From positions 16,217,983-16,281,982 of the forward strand of contig NC_052167.1 of NCBI RefSeq assembly GCF_902713615.1: 64,000 bases of DNA. Direction: 5' to 3'. This document shows, piece by piece, positions 23,141-36,990 of the stretch. Positions within the stretch are counted from its first letter, which is position 1. The number at the start of each line of letters is the position of its first letter. Position numbers and translations under genes: made by a program. The notes beneath the pieces were generated by a model. It searched no databases, was not told the DNA's origin, and was given only the letters and a program-made list of their open reading frames with translations. This DNA comes from Scyliorhinus canicula (lineage: Eukaryota).

Positions 23141-24309
23141 CAATGGAATGGGAATTAACAATGCTCGGAATAACTGTTCTGTAATTCAGCCTTGCTCAGC
23201 CAGTCTCCAACGTATCAAGAACCAATGTGTTCCACAGAGCGTTAATCAACTCATTGGTCACTCATGTCTGTAGATTCGTGGGCCTTCCTACTCATTGTTT
23301 GATCCAGAAAGACAATCCCTCTCCACCCCAAAGATCGAGCAAAATAACATGGATGCTTGGACACGAGTATTGAGCCTCTAATTTTATTTTTGTGTGTTAC
23401 TAAATGGGCCTGTTGGTACGACAATCCCCTCTGACAGCACTGCAGTGAAAGCACTACCTTCTGAAACAATGGATGGATCACTGACACATATAAACCATCC
23501 CAACGAGGACTGGAACTTGAAACCCCCGAACAAACCTCAGGCCTGCAATTGTTTGAAGGTTATTTTGGGTAACAGAGCGAAATAGACCAGTATCGCTCAG
23601 ACTTTAAAATATTCCTTTGTGCTCTTGTTAGCTGGTGATTCACTATTTTCCCATTGCTGCTCTCTCGATTCATCAGGAAGCTGGGCCATTGCTAAACCAT
23701 AGGTCCCATTCAGCTGACTTCCTCTTTGTGATTGGCTGTTCCAAAAAGATGTTCACTCCTTCAGTTCTGTCCACTTTTTTCCCCCCTTTATTCTTTCACG
23801 AGAGGTGGGCGTTACTGGCAAGGCCAACGTTTGTTGCCCATCCCTAATTGCCCTCGAATTGAGTAGCCACAGAGTCAGCCACATTGCTGTTGGTCTGGAG
23901 TCACCTGTAGGCCAGAGCAGGTAAGGGCGGCAGATTTCCTTCCCTAAAGGACATTAATGAACCAGATGGATTTTCATGACAATCGATGACGGTTGCCATG
24001 GCCACCATGGTTGCCATGAGACTAGCTTTCAGTTCCAGTTTCATTAATTGAACTTAAATCCATCAGGGCTGCAGGGATTTGAACCCATGTCCCCAGACCA
24101 TCAGCCTGGGCCTCGGGATGACTAGACCAATGGCGTTTCCACTACTCCACCATTTTCCCCTTCATTTTAGTGAGCTGGCAAAACTCTTCCCCAATGAGAT
24201 CTTTGTTTGTGTTTGTATTCACAACCCTTGGGTTAGGAATCAAGCATTCTGCCTGACTTCTCTGAGTGATGAGCGTCTTTCCAGAGCAGTAGTACTTCCC
24301 TCCTCCTTG

Positions 24310-24851
24310 GCTGCCGCAGTGGCACAGTGGCTAGCACTGCTGCCTCATGGCGCCGAGGACCCAGGTTCAATCCCGGCCTTGGGTCACTGTCTGCGTGGAG
24401 TTTGCACATTCTCCCCGTGTCTGCGTAGGTCTCACCCCCACAACCCAAAGATATGCAGGGTAGGTAAATTGCCCCTTAAGTGGCAGAAAAAGTGGAAGAG
24501 GACAGCACGGTAGCATTGTGGATAGCACAATGGCTTCACAGCTCCAGGGTCCCAGGTTCGATTCCGGCTTGGGTCACTGTCTGTGCGGAGCCTGCACATC
24601 CTCCCCGTGTGTGCGTGGGTTTCCTCCGGGTGCTCCGGTTTCCTCCCACAGTCCAAAGATGTGCAGGTTAGGTGGATTGGCCATGATAAATTGCCCTTAG
24701 TGTCCAAAATTGCCCTTAGTGTTGGGTGGGGTTACTGGGTTATGGGGATGGGGTGGAGGTGTTGACCTTGGGTAGTGTGCTCTTTCCAAGAGCCGGTGCA
24801 GACTCGGTGGGCCGAATGGCCTCCTTCTGCACTGTAAAAAAAATTCTATGA
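24310..24851 (+). mobile_element. Two tandem V-SINEs (short type followed by CR1-tailed type)
   Basis: Two heads at ~24312 and ~24500; the second ends ...ctgtaaaaaaaattctatga. Confidence 0.85.
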
Positions 24852-25599
24852 AAAAGAACTGGGTACTTTGACAAATGTTTGAAAAAGTTTTTTAAAAGAG
24901 TATTTTCCCCCCTCCTCTTTCTCAATACTGGTGCATGGATGCTGGCAAACTTTCTAGTCTTGGTATTCTTCCTGGCTGCCACTTAGGGGCTAAATTGTCA
25001 CTTACTTTCCAAAGGTTAGGTGGGTTTACGGGGATAGAGCGGAGGGGTGGGTCTAGGCTAGATCTCTTTTGGATGATTGGTGCAGACTCAGTGGGCCGAA
25101 TGGCCCCCTTCTGCACTGGAGGGATTCTGTGATTCTGGATGGAGGAGTTGAAGAAGGGGGTGGTGGGGGGAGGATTAGGGGGTGATATATATATAAACGT
25201 TTGGATTGGGGGGGGGGGGGTCATTAGTTTTGCAGGATGGGGTTCCAGTTGGATCCCCACCAGTAGGCAGCAGCTCACTTCTGCCAATAAGGGACATTCT
25301 TGACGGTGCTAGAGTAGGGTCAACTTTAAAATGGACAGAATTCCCCCTCCCCCTCAAATTAAAGAGGAGCAGGCCTCAGCCATGGCCTAAAAAGGTAAAG
25401 GTATCCAACCTCTTGGGAGAGAAAAGAGCCCACAACATGCTTAGAAGAGGCTTCACTGACAATGGATTACTTTTGAAGTGGATTCACTGCTGTACGTGGA
25501 TGAAGAGGACAATCAATTTGCACAAAGCAGGACTCCAGATGAAGCAATTCGGTAAACAAGTAGAAAATCTGTTTCCCTATGTGTTCCCGGTCGAGGATT

Positions 25600-25830
25600 A
25601 AATGTTGGCCACCAGTGGCACTCCCTTACTCTTCTTCGAACAGGGCTATGGGATCTTTAATGTCCATCTGAGAAAAGAAATTGAACCCCAATTTAATGTA
25701 TTGTGCAAAAAAAAAAGCACGTCAAACATTGCAGCGCTCCATCAGTGTCGTACTGAAGTGTTAGCCTTGGTACGTGCTCATGTCTTTAGAATGAAGGTTG
25801 AACCCTCAGCCTTCCAGGTCAAAAGTGAGT
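25600..25830 (-). mobile_element. Ancient DeuSINE-like (SacSINE1/AmnSINE-type) remnant
   Basis: gggatctttaatgtccatctgag...cagcgctccatcagtgtcgtactg resembles the Deu-domain as I recall it; a related copy is at 43620-43870 (+). Confidence 0.5.
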
Positions 25831-25866
25831 CTTAAAAAAAAGCCTTCATTAAAAAGAAATGGTCGT

Positions 25867-26103
25867 GGGGCGGCATGGTGGTTAGCACTGCTGCTTCATG
25901 GAGCCGAGGACCCGGGTTCGATCCTGGCCCCAGGTCACTGTCAGTGTGGAGTTTACACGTTCTTCCCGTGTCTGCGTGGGTTGCGCCCCCCCCCCCACGA
26001 CCCAAAGATGCGCAGGCTAGGTGGATTGGCCACTCTAAATTGCCCCTTAATTGGGGAAAAAAATAATAATTGAGTACTCTAAATTTATTTAATAAAATAA
26101 AAA
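25867..26103 (+). mobile_element. V-SINE, A-tailed short type
   Basis: Head and core followed by ctctaaatttatttaataaaataaaaa. Confidence 0.85.
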
Positions 26104-26263
26104 GCAGTGGTCTTAACTGTTTGTGTCAACATGTGATAACAAACCATCGCGAGTTTGCATCACTAAGTTACAGACATAAAACATTCACCAAATGAGGCAG
26201 CTTCATAATTATAAATGACAATGTCCCAAATGGAATATGACGGTTCATGTGATAAGCTGAATA

Positions 26264-26269
26264 TTTATT
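26264..26269 (-). terminator. Candidate poly(A) signal of the DUSP13A-like gene
   Basis: AATAAA on the minus strand ~375 nt after the stop at 26645. Confidence 0.45.
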
Positions 26270-26644
26270 CATCTTTTTTTGAGAGGCTGTACAAATGTAC
26301 TGATTATATTTAAATAGAATATTAAACAATCTGAGCTGGCGACAGGAGGCTTGTGTGGTTACTAAGCTGTGGCTATGGTAATGTGCTGATCACTGATGCG
26401 GGTCATTTTGTATCTTGCTGCTAAGATAGTGACGTTTTTTTCTGTCAAAACATTTAGAAATCAGATCAAAGTTAATTTCGACTGAAATCAAAATTGAAGT
26501 GAACCTCTATCTCTGGCAGTGAGGAGGGTTATCACACAGCTGTAATCGCAGTGGTACACAGAATGCTGGAAGGGTCAACGCTAGCGATGCTGGGTACAGC
26601 CACTGTTGAGCATTGTCAAAATCAGGCTCAATAGAGGGAGAACA

Positions 26645-26844
26645 TCATACGATCCTTTCCTCTTGTAATTTTATGTCAAAGTTCCGTAACTGCCTTAAAA
26701 ATCCTCGATTAGGAAAAATACGACGGTGAGAGGCGACTGTCTTAAGTGCATTGAGCAGAGAAAGGTGATGGTAAGTCATCAGGTAGGCCAACACTAAGGA
26801 GACTGATCTGCTGTATCCGAACGTGCAGTGGACAAAGACCTTCC
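26645..26844 (-). CDS. DUSP13A: DUSP13A-like phosphatase, exon 3
   Basis: Acceptor ccccttctcag|GG; GKVFVHCTFGYSRSVSLVLAYLM...HRRIFPNRGFLRQL; TGA stop; 200 nt, phase matches exon 2. Confidence 0.88.
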
Positions 26845-27260
26845 CTGAGAAGGGGTGAAAGAACAAAACACACAATATTTAACCATCTGGACATTTCCAT
26901 TGTACCACCTTTGGTCATCTGTAACATTGTTCTTACAATAAGACAGCTCAAAGCCCCCTGGTCATGAGACACTGAGATGCTCGCCAGAGGCACTACTGAG
27001 AAATGACAACAAATGAAATATGCCACATTATTTCACTTTTTGATTTACCCCATAAAATACAATGTATAAGTTCCCGTAAATCATGTGACACTGAGGTGTC
27101 TGAGCATTAAACAATTCCTGTGAGATTGAACTTCAGAGTGTCCCCCCCAGTGGAATAGCTTGAGTATTTGACTGTAGATGTCAAGGAGGGCCCAGGTTTT
27201 ATTGCCAGTCTGGGCTGAGATAGATCACACAGCCAGGGCAGCAGAATGGGTGGCGTCAAT

Positions 27261-27956
27261 TGTGGTGATCTTTGTGAGGTTGACTTCAGGATGCGTAGTT
27301 TTCAGAAAGACACTTGAAGCTCTTTTCATGAACTAAACTAACTTTACTTACACTACTTGATTTAGAAAAAAAAAGAACAAAGAACAGTACAGCACAGGAA
27401 CAGGCCCTTCGGCACTCCAAGCCTGCACCGATCATGTGTCCTATCTCGACCAACTTATTTGACACTTATTCCTATAGTAAAAATAGATTAACAACACTCA
27501 CTAATGCTATCTCTATATTCTAACTATAACTAAATTCTATCTTTTCTAGCTTTACAAGGAACTTTATTCTAGTCTCCTCTACCTCTACTCCACTCTCTCC
27601 CAGAAGCCTAAGAGTCAGTGTCTTTTATAGTACTGTCCCATAGCTCCATCTAGTGGCTAGCTTTAACATAACATTAACTCTTCACATGTTGTATATCTTT
27701 TTATATAAATTTAGAGTAAACAATTCATTTTTTCCAATTAAGGGGCAATTTAGTGTGGCCAATCCACCTAGCCTGCACATCTTTTGGGTTGTGGGGGCGA
27801 AACCCATGCAAACTCGGGGAGCATGTGTAAACTCCACACGGACAGTGACCCAGAGCCGGGATCGAACCCGGGACCTCGGCGCCGTGAGGCAACAGGGCTA
27901 ACCCACTACGCCACCCTGCTGCCCTAACACATGTTGTATGTTTGTATAACGTCACA
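27261..27956. mobile_element. Solo LTR with a nested CR1 tail (~27365-27450) and an A-tailed SINE (27695-27925)
   Basis: TGTG...CACA termini with 5-bp TSD TCAAT (27256-27260/27957-27961); SINE TSD CACATGTTGTAT (27683-27694/27928-27939). Confidence 0.7.
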
Positions 27957-29739
27957 TCAATAAGCGGTGGCAGGCATGATCACCTGATCTTGCCAATTGG
28001 GACCACAGGGCAGGGTCAGGTTTAGCCTTGCTGTCCCACCTCCTGCTCAACAGCTTGTCCATAAATAATGGCCACAGGGACAACGTACCAGTGAGCAACT
28101 GGTACCTGAGGGACTATTGCAGCCAGAGGTAAAAACCTTCGGGATATAAGGAATTGAGTGGAGGAAAGATAATCAGGATCTGAGGTCTGTGAAGTCCTGC
28201 AAATGTTGCTCCAGTGCTCCCTCTGCTGGTGATTAAAAAACACATTTCAATTACTTTTCACCAGCATCTCAAGTGTATCCACATACAGTTTGAAAACTTT
28301 GGCCTAGAAAATCAATGATTGTTCGTGATGTACGAGTGTGTCAGAACGGCCATATCTGGGCCAGCATCCATTTATGTCAAGTCCTGACACAGCGTTGAAT
28401 TTTCTCAACGCCTTTGTGAGATGGGGCCCGGGTCCTCAGCGCTGTGAGGCAGCAGTGCTAACCACTGCGCCACCGTGCCGCCCGTTGTCAAGCTTCAATA
28501 AGGAACTCTTCCACCTAGGCTGATTTGCATGTAATTGCATCAAAAAATGTCACCTCAAAGTATCCATGAGGTGCACAGGAAATCTGAGCTGAACATAACG
28601 CATGTTTAGAACGCATGATTCAGCTCGGAGAAATGGCGAGCGATTGGTGGGGCGGGGGGGGGGGGGGGGGGGTGGAAATGGACAGTGTGTCAAATTGTCT
28701 TCAATGTATTCATGCACAGTCTCCTTCACAAAGCAAGTGTGAATGACAGAACTGGAGTCCAAATTTGTTATTCAACAATCTGACGCAAAAATAGGGTAGA
28801 ATTGAAAAAAGTGAGTTACTCAGAAGGAAACGAACTCATCATCAATCTGAATGCTCCCGTTTCTCAATGCAGTACTAGAATCTATTTCGCACAGATCTTG
28901 AACATTTTGGGGAATTGTCCCATCTGTGGTTGTGTTTTTACAATGTGACCGCTCGGTCTAAAATTAATTTTTCTTCTTATAGCCAAGACATATTTTGCAT
29001 TGCAAATTAATCATGAGCACTGAGCTTCACTAACCAAGGGGCAAGTTGTCAATTAGGCTTTCCGTTTGCATTAATAATTAGTGTGATTCAGGCACATTTA
29101 GGTTGGAGCTGAATTTCTGCCTCTATACAAGAGAGGTGTTTCATGATAAATCCATCCATATCTTTCCTGTTATAGTTGAACGTTCCACCATGAAACTGAA
29201 TGTACTGATCGTGCCGGCAGTATCAATACTCTGCCGTTTGCATCTTAACCAATAACAATTCTTACCCATCCATCTCCCCTACAAGGCCTCCCAGTCTGGC
29301 AACACCTCAGTTTTAAAAGTTTCATCCTGCTTTTCAAATCCACCCTTGGCCTCGTCCCCTCCCCAACTCCGAAATCTCTGAAAGAGACTCCCTAAAACCT
29401 CTCCACCTCCGAAACTCTCTCCATTAAGACATTTGTTAAAACTTACCTCTTTGACCTCTTGTAATGTGACACAAATTCTGCCTGATATTGCTCCTGTGAA
29501 GGGCCTTGCGATGTTTTACATTGTGAAAGGGGTTGTAAAAATGTAAGTTGTTATGGTCAGACAATTAAAAACAAGATGGGTTTAATGTTTTTGCTTAGGC
29601 CCTGATAAAACGCAAACAAAGATTCGACTTCGGAGCAGGAATAGGACATTCGACCCCTCGAGTCTGATCTGATTGTGGCCGCAACTCCCCATTCTGCCTA
29701 TCCCCAACAACCTTTGACACCCCTGTTAGTCAAGAATTT

Positions 29740-30566
29740 AGCTGAAGGCTGAATGGGAGGGGGAACTAGGGGAGCAGATAGAGGATGGGACTTGGGCGGA
29801 TGCCTTGGAGAGGGTTAACTCTTCCTCTTCATGTGCAAGGCAATCCAAGTCTCATCCAATTTAAGGTGCTGCATCGGGCCCATATGTCTGTGACTCGGAT
29901 GAGTAGGTTCTTTGGGGGTGAGGACAGGTGCACCAGGTGTTCGGGGAGTCCAGCGAACCACGCCCATATGTTCTGGGCATGCCCGGCACTGGAGGAATTC
30001 TGGAAGGGGGTGGCGGGGACGGTGTCGAGGGTGGTTGGATCCAGGGTCAAACCAGGTTGAGGACTCGCGATTTTTGGAGTTGCGGTGGAGCCGGGAGTGC
30101 AGGAGGCGAAAGAGGCCGGTGTCCTGGCCTTTGCGTCCCTAGTAGCCCGACGAAGGATCTTGCTACAGTGGAAGGATGTGAGGCCCCCAAGTGTGGAGAC
30201 CTGGATCAGTGACATGGCGGGATTTATAAAATTGGAGAGGGTCAAATTGGCCCTGAGAGGATCAGTACAAGGGTTTTATAAACGGTGGCAGCCTTTTCTG
30301 GACTTTCTGGCTCAAAGATAAGTATCTTGGTCAATAGCAGGAAGCAGCCCCTGGGGTTGGGGGGAGGGGTTCTTTATTTTTTCTATTTTTTCTATGGTTA
30401 TTTAACTTAATATTGTGTTAATTCAATTTGTTGTTAATATGTTTTGTTGTTCATTGAGGTTGGGCGAATGTTTATGACTGTTATTGTTATTGTTGGTATT
30501 TTATTGCTGTTCGTTGTTGTTATATAAATAAATAAAAATTTCAATAAAAATTATTTTTAAAAAAAA
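29740..30566 (+). mobile_element. 5'-truncated L1/Tx1-like LINE 3' end
   Basis: LIQFKVLHRAH, RCTRC...HMFWAC (CCHC knuckle), RWQPFLDFL; AATAAA and A-tail; same family as 44878-50843. Confidence 0.9.
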
Positions 30567-31035
30567 GAATCTACCTCCGCCGTAGAAATATTCAATGACC
30601 CTGAGGCATCTGCTCTCTGGGGCTGGGGGTTCCACAGACTCGTTACCCTCTGAGAGAAGAAAAGTTCTCCTCATCTCCATCTATACTGGGAAACCCCTTA
30701 TTCGTAAACTGTGTCCCCGAGTTCTAGTCTCTCCCACAAGGGGAAACATCCTCTCAGCATCCCACCCTGTCAAGTCCCCTCAGGATCTTATATGTTTCAA
30801 TAAGATCCCCTCTCAACCTTCTCAACTCCAATAGATACAGGCCCAACCCGTCCAACCTTTCCTCACTGGCTTATCCCCTCATCCTTGGAATCACTTTGGT
30901 GAATCTGCCCTCAACTACTTCCAAGTTAAAACATCCAACTTCCCACAAATTTAAAAATGTTAAACCCAATCAATTCTCGCATTGATCATTGTGTCAAAAA
31001 GTTTCACGGGTTACCCAAAGTTCAATAATTTCATA

Positions 31036-31210
31036 GGGTGTGATTTTCCACCCCCCCCCCCCCCCCCCCAGCCTGTTTTCTGGCAGCAGAGGCCGCTTGC
31101 CATTGGCCACTGTCAACGACATCTTGCATGGTTCGCCTGCCCAATGACCGGGGAACCCTTCGGCGGGGCTGGGAGATCCCACCAATGGGAAGGGCCAAAC
31201 AATTCAGCCC
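31036..31210. mobile_element. Mini-MITE (175 bp)
   Basis: GGGTGTGATT...AATTCAGCCC termini flanked by ATA on both sides. Confidence 0.5.
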
Positions 31211-31227
31211 ATAGAATTATCGACTAG

Positions 31228-32097
31228 TGTAAGGTCCCTTCCTGTTGCTTCCCTTGTTTCCCATTTCCTTTATTTTGTGGTTACCATTTTGACCCATGGA
31301 TATTTCATGGACATACACCTTTGAGTCGAGCAGAGGCAGTGAGGAACTCAAAAGTTGCAAAATGGTCCAACGTGCTAGCCTTTGGATGGCACAACGCAGA
31401 CTTTTTGGCACCCGAGAGATCGGAGGGATGAGGTTCGATTGGTTGGCTGGCGGCCAATGAATTAACAAGAGGCCGAATTCTGCCTGGCAACAGGTGATGA
31501 TTGGGTCCCACCTGACTGGGATGGTTTTCAGAGAACCAAGGAATGGACAGTCAGGTCCTGGATGCTCAGAGGGGAAAAGAAGCTGCTCTTTCTCTCTCTA
31601 TCTTTCTCCAGAATAGCTGCACAGCTGCTGTATTTCTGATCCTGCAGAGAACCTGTATAAATCTACAGTGAAAACCATTACAGACTGAAATCAGAGATGT
31701 CAAACTGAAAGTCTAGACTGAAGGAAGGTGTGCTGGAAGGCAATAATCTGAAACAAAAACTCTTAACCTTTTACTTTCAGCATTATTTTTACACCCCTTT
31801 TCCCCCCCTCTGTTTCTGTTTGTCTGTCTTGTTTGAGTGAGCAGAGAGTGCGAGTTAAAGAGGGGGGTTTGGAATTAGATAACCAGTTGTAGTTGCTACA
31901 TATTTAATTATAGCCATTGTTATTAATAAAAATTAATAGTGTTTAAATTTACAAACCTGGTGACTGTAATCATTGGGCAGCCAAGGGACAAAAACATCAG
32001 GTGTTTTCTGAGAATTATTTGTTAATTTCAATTATGTTATGGCTCCAGGTCAAGTGGGGCTGGAATTATCTGTGCACTAGCCCAGGGTGCCGTAACA
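31228..32097 (+). mobile_element. Solo LTR (870 bp)
   Basis: TGT...ACA termini, 4-bp TSD CTAG (31224-31227/32098-32101), AATAAA at ~31925. Confidence 0.8.
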
Positions 32098-33406
32098 CTA
32101 GTACAGACCAGCATGAGGACATTCGGCCCATCGGGTCTGCATTGGCTCTTTCAAAAAGCAATCCAGTTAGCCTCATGACCCCAATCATTCCCTCATATCC
32201 ATCCAACTACATCTGCAGATATTTATCCAACTCCCTACTGTAGGCAAATATTGAATCTCTGCTCTATCAGGTCATGCCAATTCCAAATCCTAACCACTCA
32301 TTGCGTGAAAAAGATTGCCTCATATCACCTCAGGTTCTGTTGGAAATTGCCATAAATCTTGGTTCTTTGGTCAAGCAACATTTCAGACAGTGGAGTCAGA
32401 TTCTCTATATTTACTCTTCTGAACCCTTCTCGGTTTTAAACATCCTGCCTATTTATCCCCAGTTGTCAGGCAGTTCAATTCTTGTAATTAGCTCGAATCC
32501 ACCTTTAGATATCTTGAATTGCTGCAGCGATAAGCTAAACCTTGCTGCATTGTTGATTAATTTACTCTGTGTCGGCAGAGGTCATTGTTCAGACGGAGCA
32601 GTTCTGTGCGATAGATTTGTACGCATCAGAGAGTGTCTTCGTTATTTGGACTGACAACTAGTTAAATAACAACAAGCCTACATTTGAGACAATGAAAGTC
32701 TGTTTCTTTTAAAGGTTGTCCCCCCCCTAACCACCCTGTACCCATCCACCCCACACCCACCACCTCCAATTGAGATTTAATGGCATTTCTTTGGGGAAAA
32801 AGAGGTGCGGTAAAGAAACAAAGAGACAGACAGAAACAATGGGAAATGATTGTGAAACATGTTGGATTTTAAGTTCTGGAATTCAGCAAGTTGGTAAATT
32901 AGTTGTCTCTTTTTACTTTGATGAAACCCAGAGGGTTGCCTGATTTTTTCTTTTCTTTCTGGCGAATTGTAAGGCGGAAGTCTGAAACTTGACGTTGTTG
33001 GGTCACGGGCATAGCCAAGGTCAATCCCCGATACATAAAGACTGGGTAAACCCGGAGGGGTTTGTGAACTCTCTCGTGTGCAAATCCAAACGGAATAACT
33101 GAATGTTCACCAGGAGCTGGAGTCCGGACTGATTCCCAATCCTGACTAAAGTTGGTAAAACCGAATGGAGAGCCCCCTGATGGATGTACCAGCTCAGCGC
33201 TGACTGATTCAGGCAGTTATTACCCGAGCTATGCAGATCGAGGACTAAACGTAGGGCCTCTCCAGTTTGGATAGCTCAGTTAATAATGACCTCAATCAGC
33301 TGAGTTACTGGAAGAACATTATGCTCATCACGTGCTCTCTTTTGTAATGCAATTGCGAATCAAGACAACTTATCAGATTATTTGAAATATTAGAATGGTT
33401 GCTCAC

Positions 33407-33624
33407 CTCCCAGCATATCCAGGGCTCGATATATATATTCACTCGCAGAGTTGAAGTGGGCAGCAATGTCAAAGTTTGGTAAATCCTGAGCTGCTATACC
33501 ATAATAATCCACACTGCACCCATAGAAATCTTGGCACCCACTGGAAGCCATCAGTTTGTGTGCAGCATTTAACACATGAGTTATCCCCAACTTCCACAGG
33601 CGGAATCTGTCATGGGCCACTGTC
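33407..33624 (-). CDS. DUSP13A: DUSP13A-like phosphatase, exon 2
   Basis: Acceptor cttgcttcattag|G, donor GGA G|gtgagc; TVAHDRFRLWKLGITHVLNAAHK...DFYGCSVDYYGIAAQDLPNFDI matches recalled human MDSP (RFELWKLGITHVLNAAHK, DLPDFDI); 218 nt. Confidence 0.9.
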
Positions 33625-33959
33625 CTAATGAAGCAAGATACATCAGGAAATATTTTACAAGCATACAATTGTGTTTACAATGCGACTTGGGTATTGTTAC
33701 TTGTACCTCTGATGAAGCGTTGTGCTTCTCAAGGTGAGGGAAGCTGACGATGAAGATGGCTCACGATTCCACTTTTGGGCACAATAGTGTCAGCGTTAAG
33801 TTCCCCATCAGGAACGACTTGCCCTGAAGCAAGTTAATGTTCCCTTTCCTCTCACCAGTCCAAGGTTACAGGGGTGAGGGTTTTTCTGAGGGTGCAGAGG
33901 AGATTCACCAGAGTGGATGCCGGGCGGGGTGAGAGATTTTGGCGACAGGGTCGGATTGG

Positions 33960-34425
33960 AGAAGGTGGGAACTTTCTCCGAAGAGATTGAAGAGAGATTT
34001 AGTAGCGGCGTACAAGATTGTGACAGATTTGGATAAGGTCGCCAAGGAAAGACTTTTTCCCATCAGCTGATGATGCAAGGACGAGGGGGGGGGGGGGGGG
34101 GGCACAGGTTTAAGGGTTTAGAGTGAGAGATACAGGTCTGTGGGGTTGGGGGGGGGGGAGTTGCGGATGTGAGAAAGAACAGTTTTACTCACTGGGTGCA
34201 ATAGTCTGGAACATGCTGCCCACGAGCAGCAACAATGGGCGGGATTGTCTGTTTTGCAAAATGATTTGAAAAGGAAATTGGATGAAGGCTCGAAGGGGAA
34301 AAGGTTGCATGACAGGAAGAGATAGAGTGGGGGGGGACAGGACTGCCTGGATTGCTCTATAGCAGAATCAGCAGAGACACAATGGCCAAGTGGCCTCCTT
34401 CTCTGCTGTAAATGACCATATGATT
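33960..34425 (+). mobile_element. Old CR1 3' fragment
   Basis: agagagatttagtagcggcgtacaagattg and CR1-type tail tggcctccttctctgctgtaaatga. Confidence 0.6.
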
Positions 34426-35241
34426 TTCCGGGTGGAATTTTCTGTCCCTCCCCCACAGCAGTGGTGTCCCGCCATTGGGAACTGATGGGATCTTCCAGCA
34501 CTTCTGATGTCTATGGAGTTTTGCTTTGTTTGCCTGTCCCGGGGTGGGGAGGGTGTCATATTTTGCAGTGTCTCTGTAAGGAATATCAATTTGTACTAAA
34601 TTCTCCAGTGGCTTAATGCAAGGAGCCCACAGCGCTGAGGGACTATGTTAAAATGATCAATCCCTCATTACAACTTCTGACTTGTATCAAGCCAGGTCTT
34701 GGAGCTGAAACAACTGGCCCAGCTAATTCTGCTGCCTGGCACACAATTCAAAGTGTTTAGTGTAATGTTTCAGATCTCTATAACCCATGACACTGCTACT
34801 TTGTTGAAACATAAGTTTGCAGGTTGTGGTTCATTGGGTAAGCAGCAAGCCAGGCACTTCACATCTGTTGTTTTATTTATTGTTACTTCCGCACCCTGGT
34901 GTTCCCTTACTCACTTTGACATACATTGATTGCAAGGGATACACAAGTAATTACTCGCGCGAACCTCAGGGAATCGCTCATCTGCTTATCTCTCAAACTC
35001 CGAGTTAAGAATTCCTGCAATGTAACTCCGCCAAGATGCCCATTTCAGTGTAACCCGGCACTGTGGGTGTACCTATGTCACGTGGACTGCAGCGGTTCAG
35101 GAAGGCAGCTCGCTGTCACCTTCTCGAGGGCAATTAGGAATGGACAATAAATGCTGACCCCACCAGCGACCCCCACAATTTGAAAAAAAAAAAGCCATTC
35201 AGGTAATGTTGAGAATCAGCCAAAAATGATTCCTTCGGTTA

Positions 35242-35425
35242 AGGGCTGGTTTAGCACACTGGGCTAAATCGCTGGCGATGAAAGCAGACCAAGGCAGGCC
35301 AGCAGCACGGTTCAATTCCCGTACCAGCCTCCCCGAACAGGCGCCGGAATGTGGCGACTAGGGGCTTTTCACAGTCACTTCATTTGAAGCCTATTTGTGA
35401 CAATAAGCGATTTTCACTTTCATTT
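35242..35425 (+). mobile_element. Short tRNA-derived SINE (second head type)
   Basis: Homologous to 15060-15240 and 53220-53400. Confidence 0.85.
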
Positions 35426-35829
35426 CATCCTCAGCTCAGCATTTTGCTCTCTCCATCCTGCCAGCTTCTGCTGACCATCTGGTCCAACGGTTTAACCCCT
35501 CCTGTTCACGCGGGAATGAATTCACCTGCTGGTGGGCAGGTGAATTAGAACGTTTAGGCGGCCTATTCCATTCCTGCCAGTCTGTGAAGCCAGCAGGTGA
35601 GCTGTCCAGCCGACCCTAACAATTGCCTCACGAGATAAGTGTCCATCGGGATTCCCTTCCATGTGGAAGGATAGTGATTGCGCTGTTTCCAAAACCCAAG
35701 AGGGGAAGCCACCAGGATTATCGCACCAAACCAGTTGGCATTTTGCGGGCAAAATGAAGGTCAGTGTGAAAGTTGGCCTCTAGGTGAACGAGAGTGGCAG
35801 TATTACCTCAACTTCCTGATTATCCTAAA

Positions 35830-36990
35830 ATAAAAGCAATTTACTGAGGATGCTGGAATCTGAAACAAAAACAGAAAATACTGGACAATCTCATCAGCTC
35901 CGACAGCATCTGTAGTGAGGGAATAGAGCTAACGTTTTGAGTCTGGGTGACTCTTTGCCAAAGCTAGAGACAACTGGAAATGGGGTCAAATTTATACTGG
36001 TGTGGGAGGGGAGGGGGTGTGCAGCAGTGAGGCCAGATAGAGAGCCAGCGACAGGTGGAGATTGACAAAGATGCTGTGGACCAAAATCCCAAGGGAATGT
36101 GATGATCCTGGCTGAGAAGAATGGCTGATAGTGGCCCATTAAGAGATCAGAATGGCAGAACAAAGGGATTTAATGTGTCAAAGAACAACTTGGCACAGGG
36201 AACAGGTGCCCCGAGTGCGGTGGAGTGTCGGGAGAGGAGACAGTGGTGAGGGGAAAAAGGGATCGATGGAAGAAATGAAAATAAATCGATAGAAATAAAA
36301 ATGGAGGAGGTGAGTGCTCAGAGTTTGAAGTTGTTGAACTCAATGTTAAATCCAGAAGGCTGTAACACATTCTGGTCTCTTAACGTACCATTACAACACC
36401 ATTTACATTCCCTTTGTCTTTCTGTCACGGCATCATAGTCAATCTCTTCCTAGCCTCCACCTATTGCTGGCTCTCTATCCAGCCCTTAATGTTTCACACC
36501 ACCTTTCCCCCCAACAGTATAAATCTGATCCTATTTCCAGTTCTCTCTAGAATTAGAACATAGAACAGTACAGCACAGAACAGGCCCTTCGGCCCTCAAT
36601 GTTGTGCCGAGCCATGATCACCCTACTCAAACCCACATATCCACCCTATACCCGTAACCCAACAACCCCCCCTTAACCTTACTTTTATTAGGACACTACG
36701 GGCAATTTAGCATGGCCAATCCACCTAACCCGCACATCTTTGGACTGTGGGAGGAAACCGGAGCACCCGAAGGAAACCCACGCACACAGGGGGAGGACGT
36801 GCAGACTCCACACAGACAGTGACCCAGCCGGGAATCGAACCTGGGACCCTGGAGCTGTGAAGCATTTATGCTAACCACCATGCTACCCTGCTGGGTGACA
36901 AAGAGTCACCCAGACTCGAAACATTAGCTCCCTTCTCTCTCCACAGACGCTGTCAGAACTGCTGAGATTGTCCAGTATTTTCTGTTTTCT
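35830..36990. mobile_element. Penelope-type element remnant with inverted terminal copies, right copy split by a SINE (36553-36892, -)
   Basis: 35865-36000 is the reverse complement of 36515-36550 plus 36895-36990. Confidence 0.7.

Noticed and set aside
36895-36930. Functional hammerhead in the second Penelope-type family
   Set aside because: The core reads UGACAAA instead of CUGANGA; all copies in the window are degenerate.
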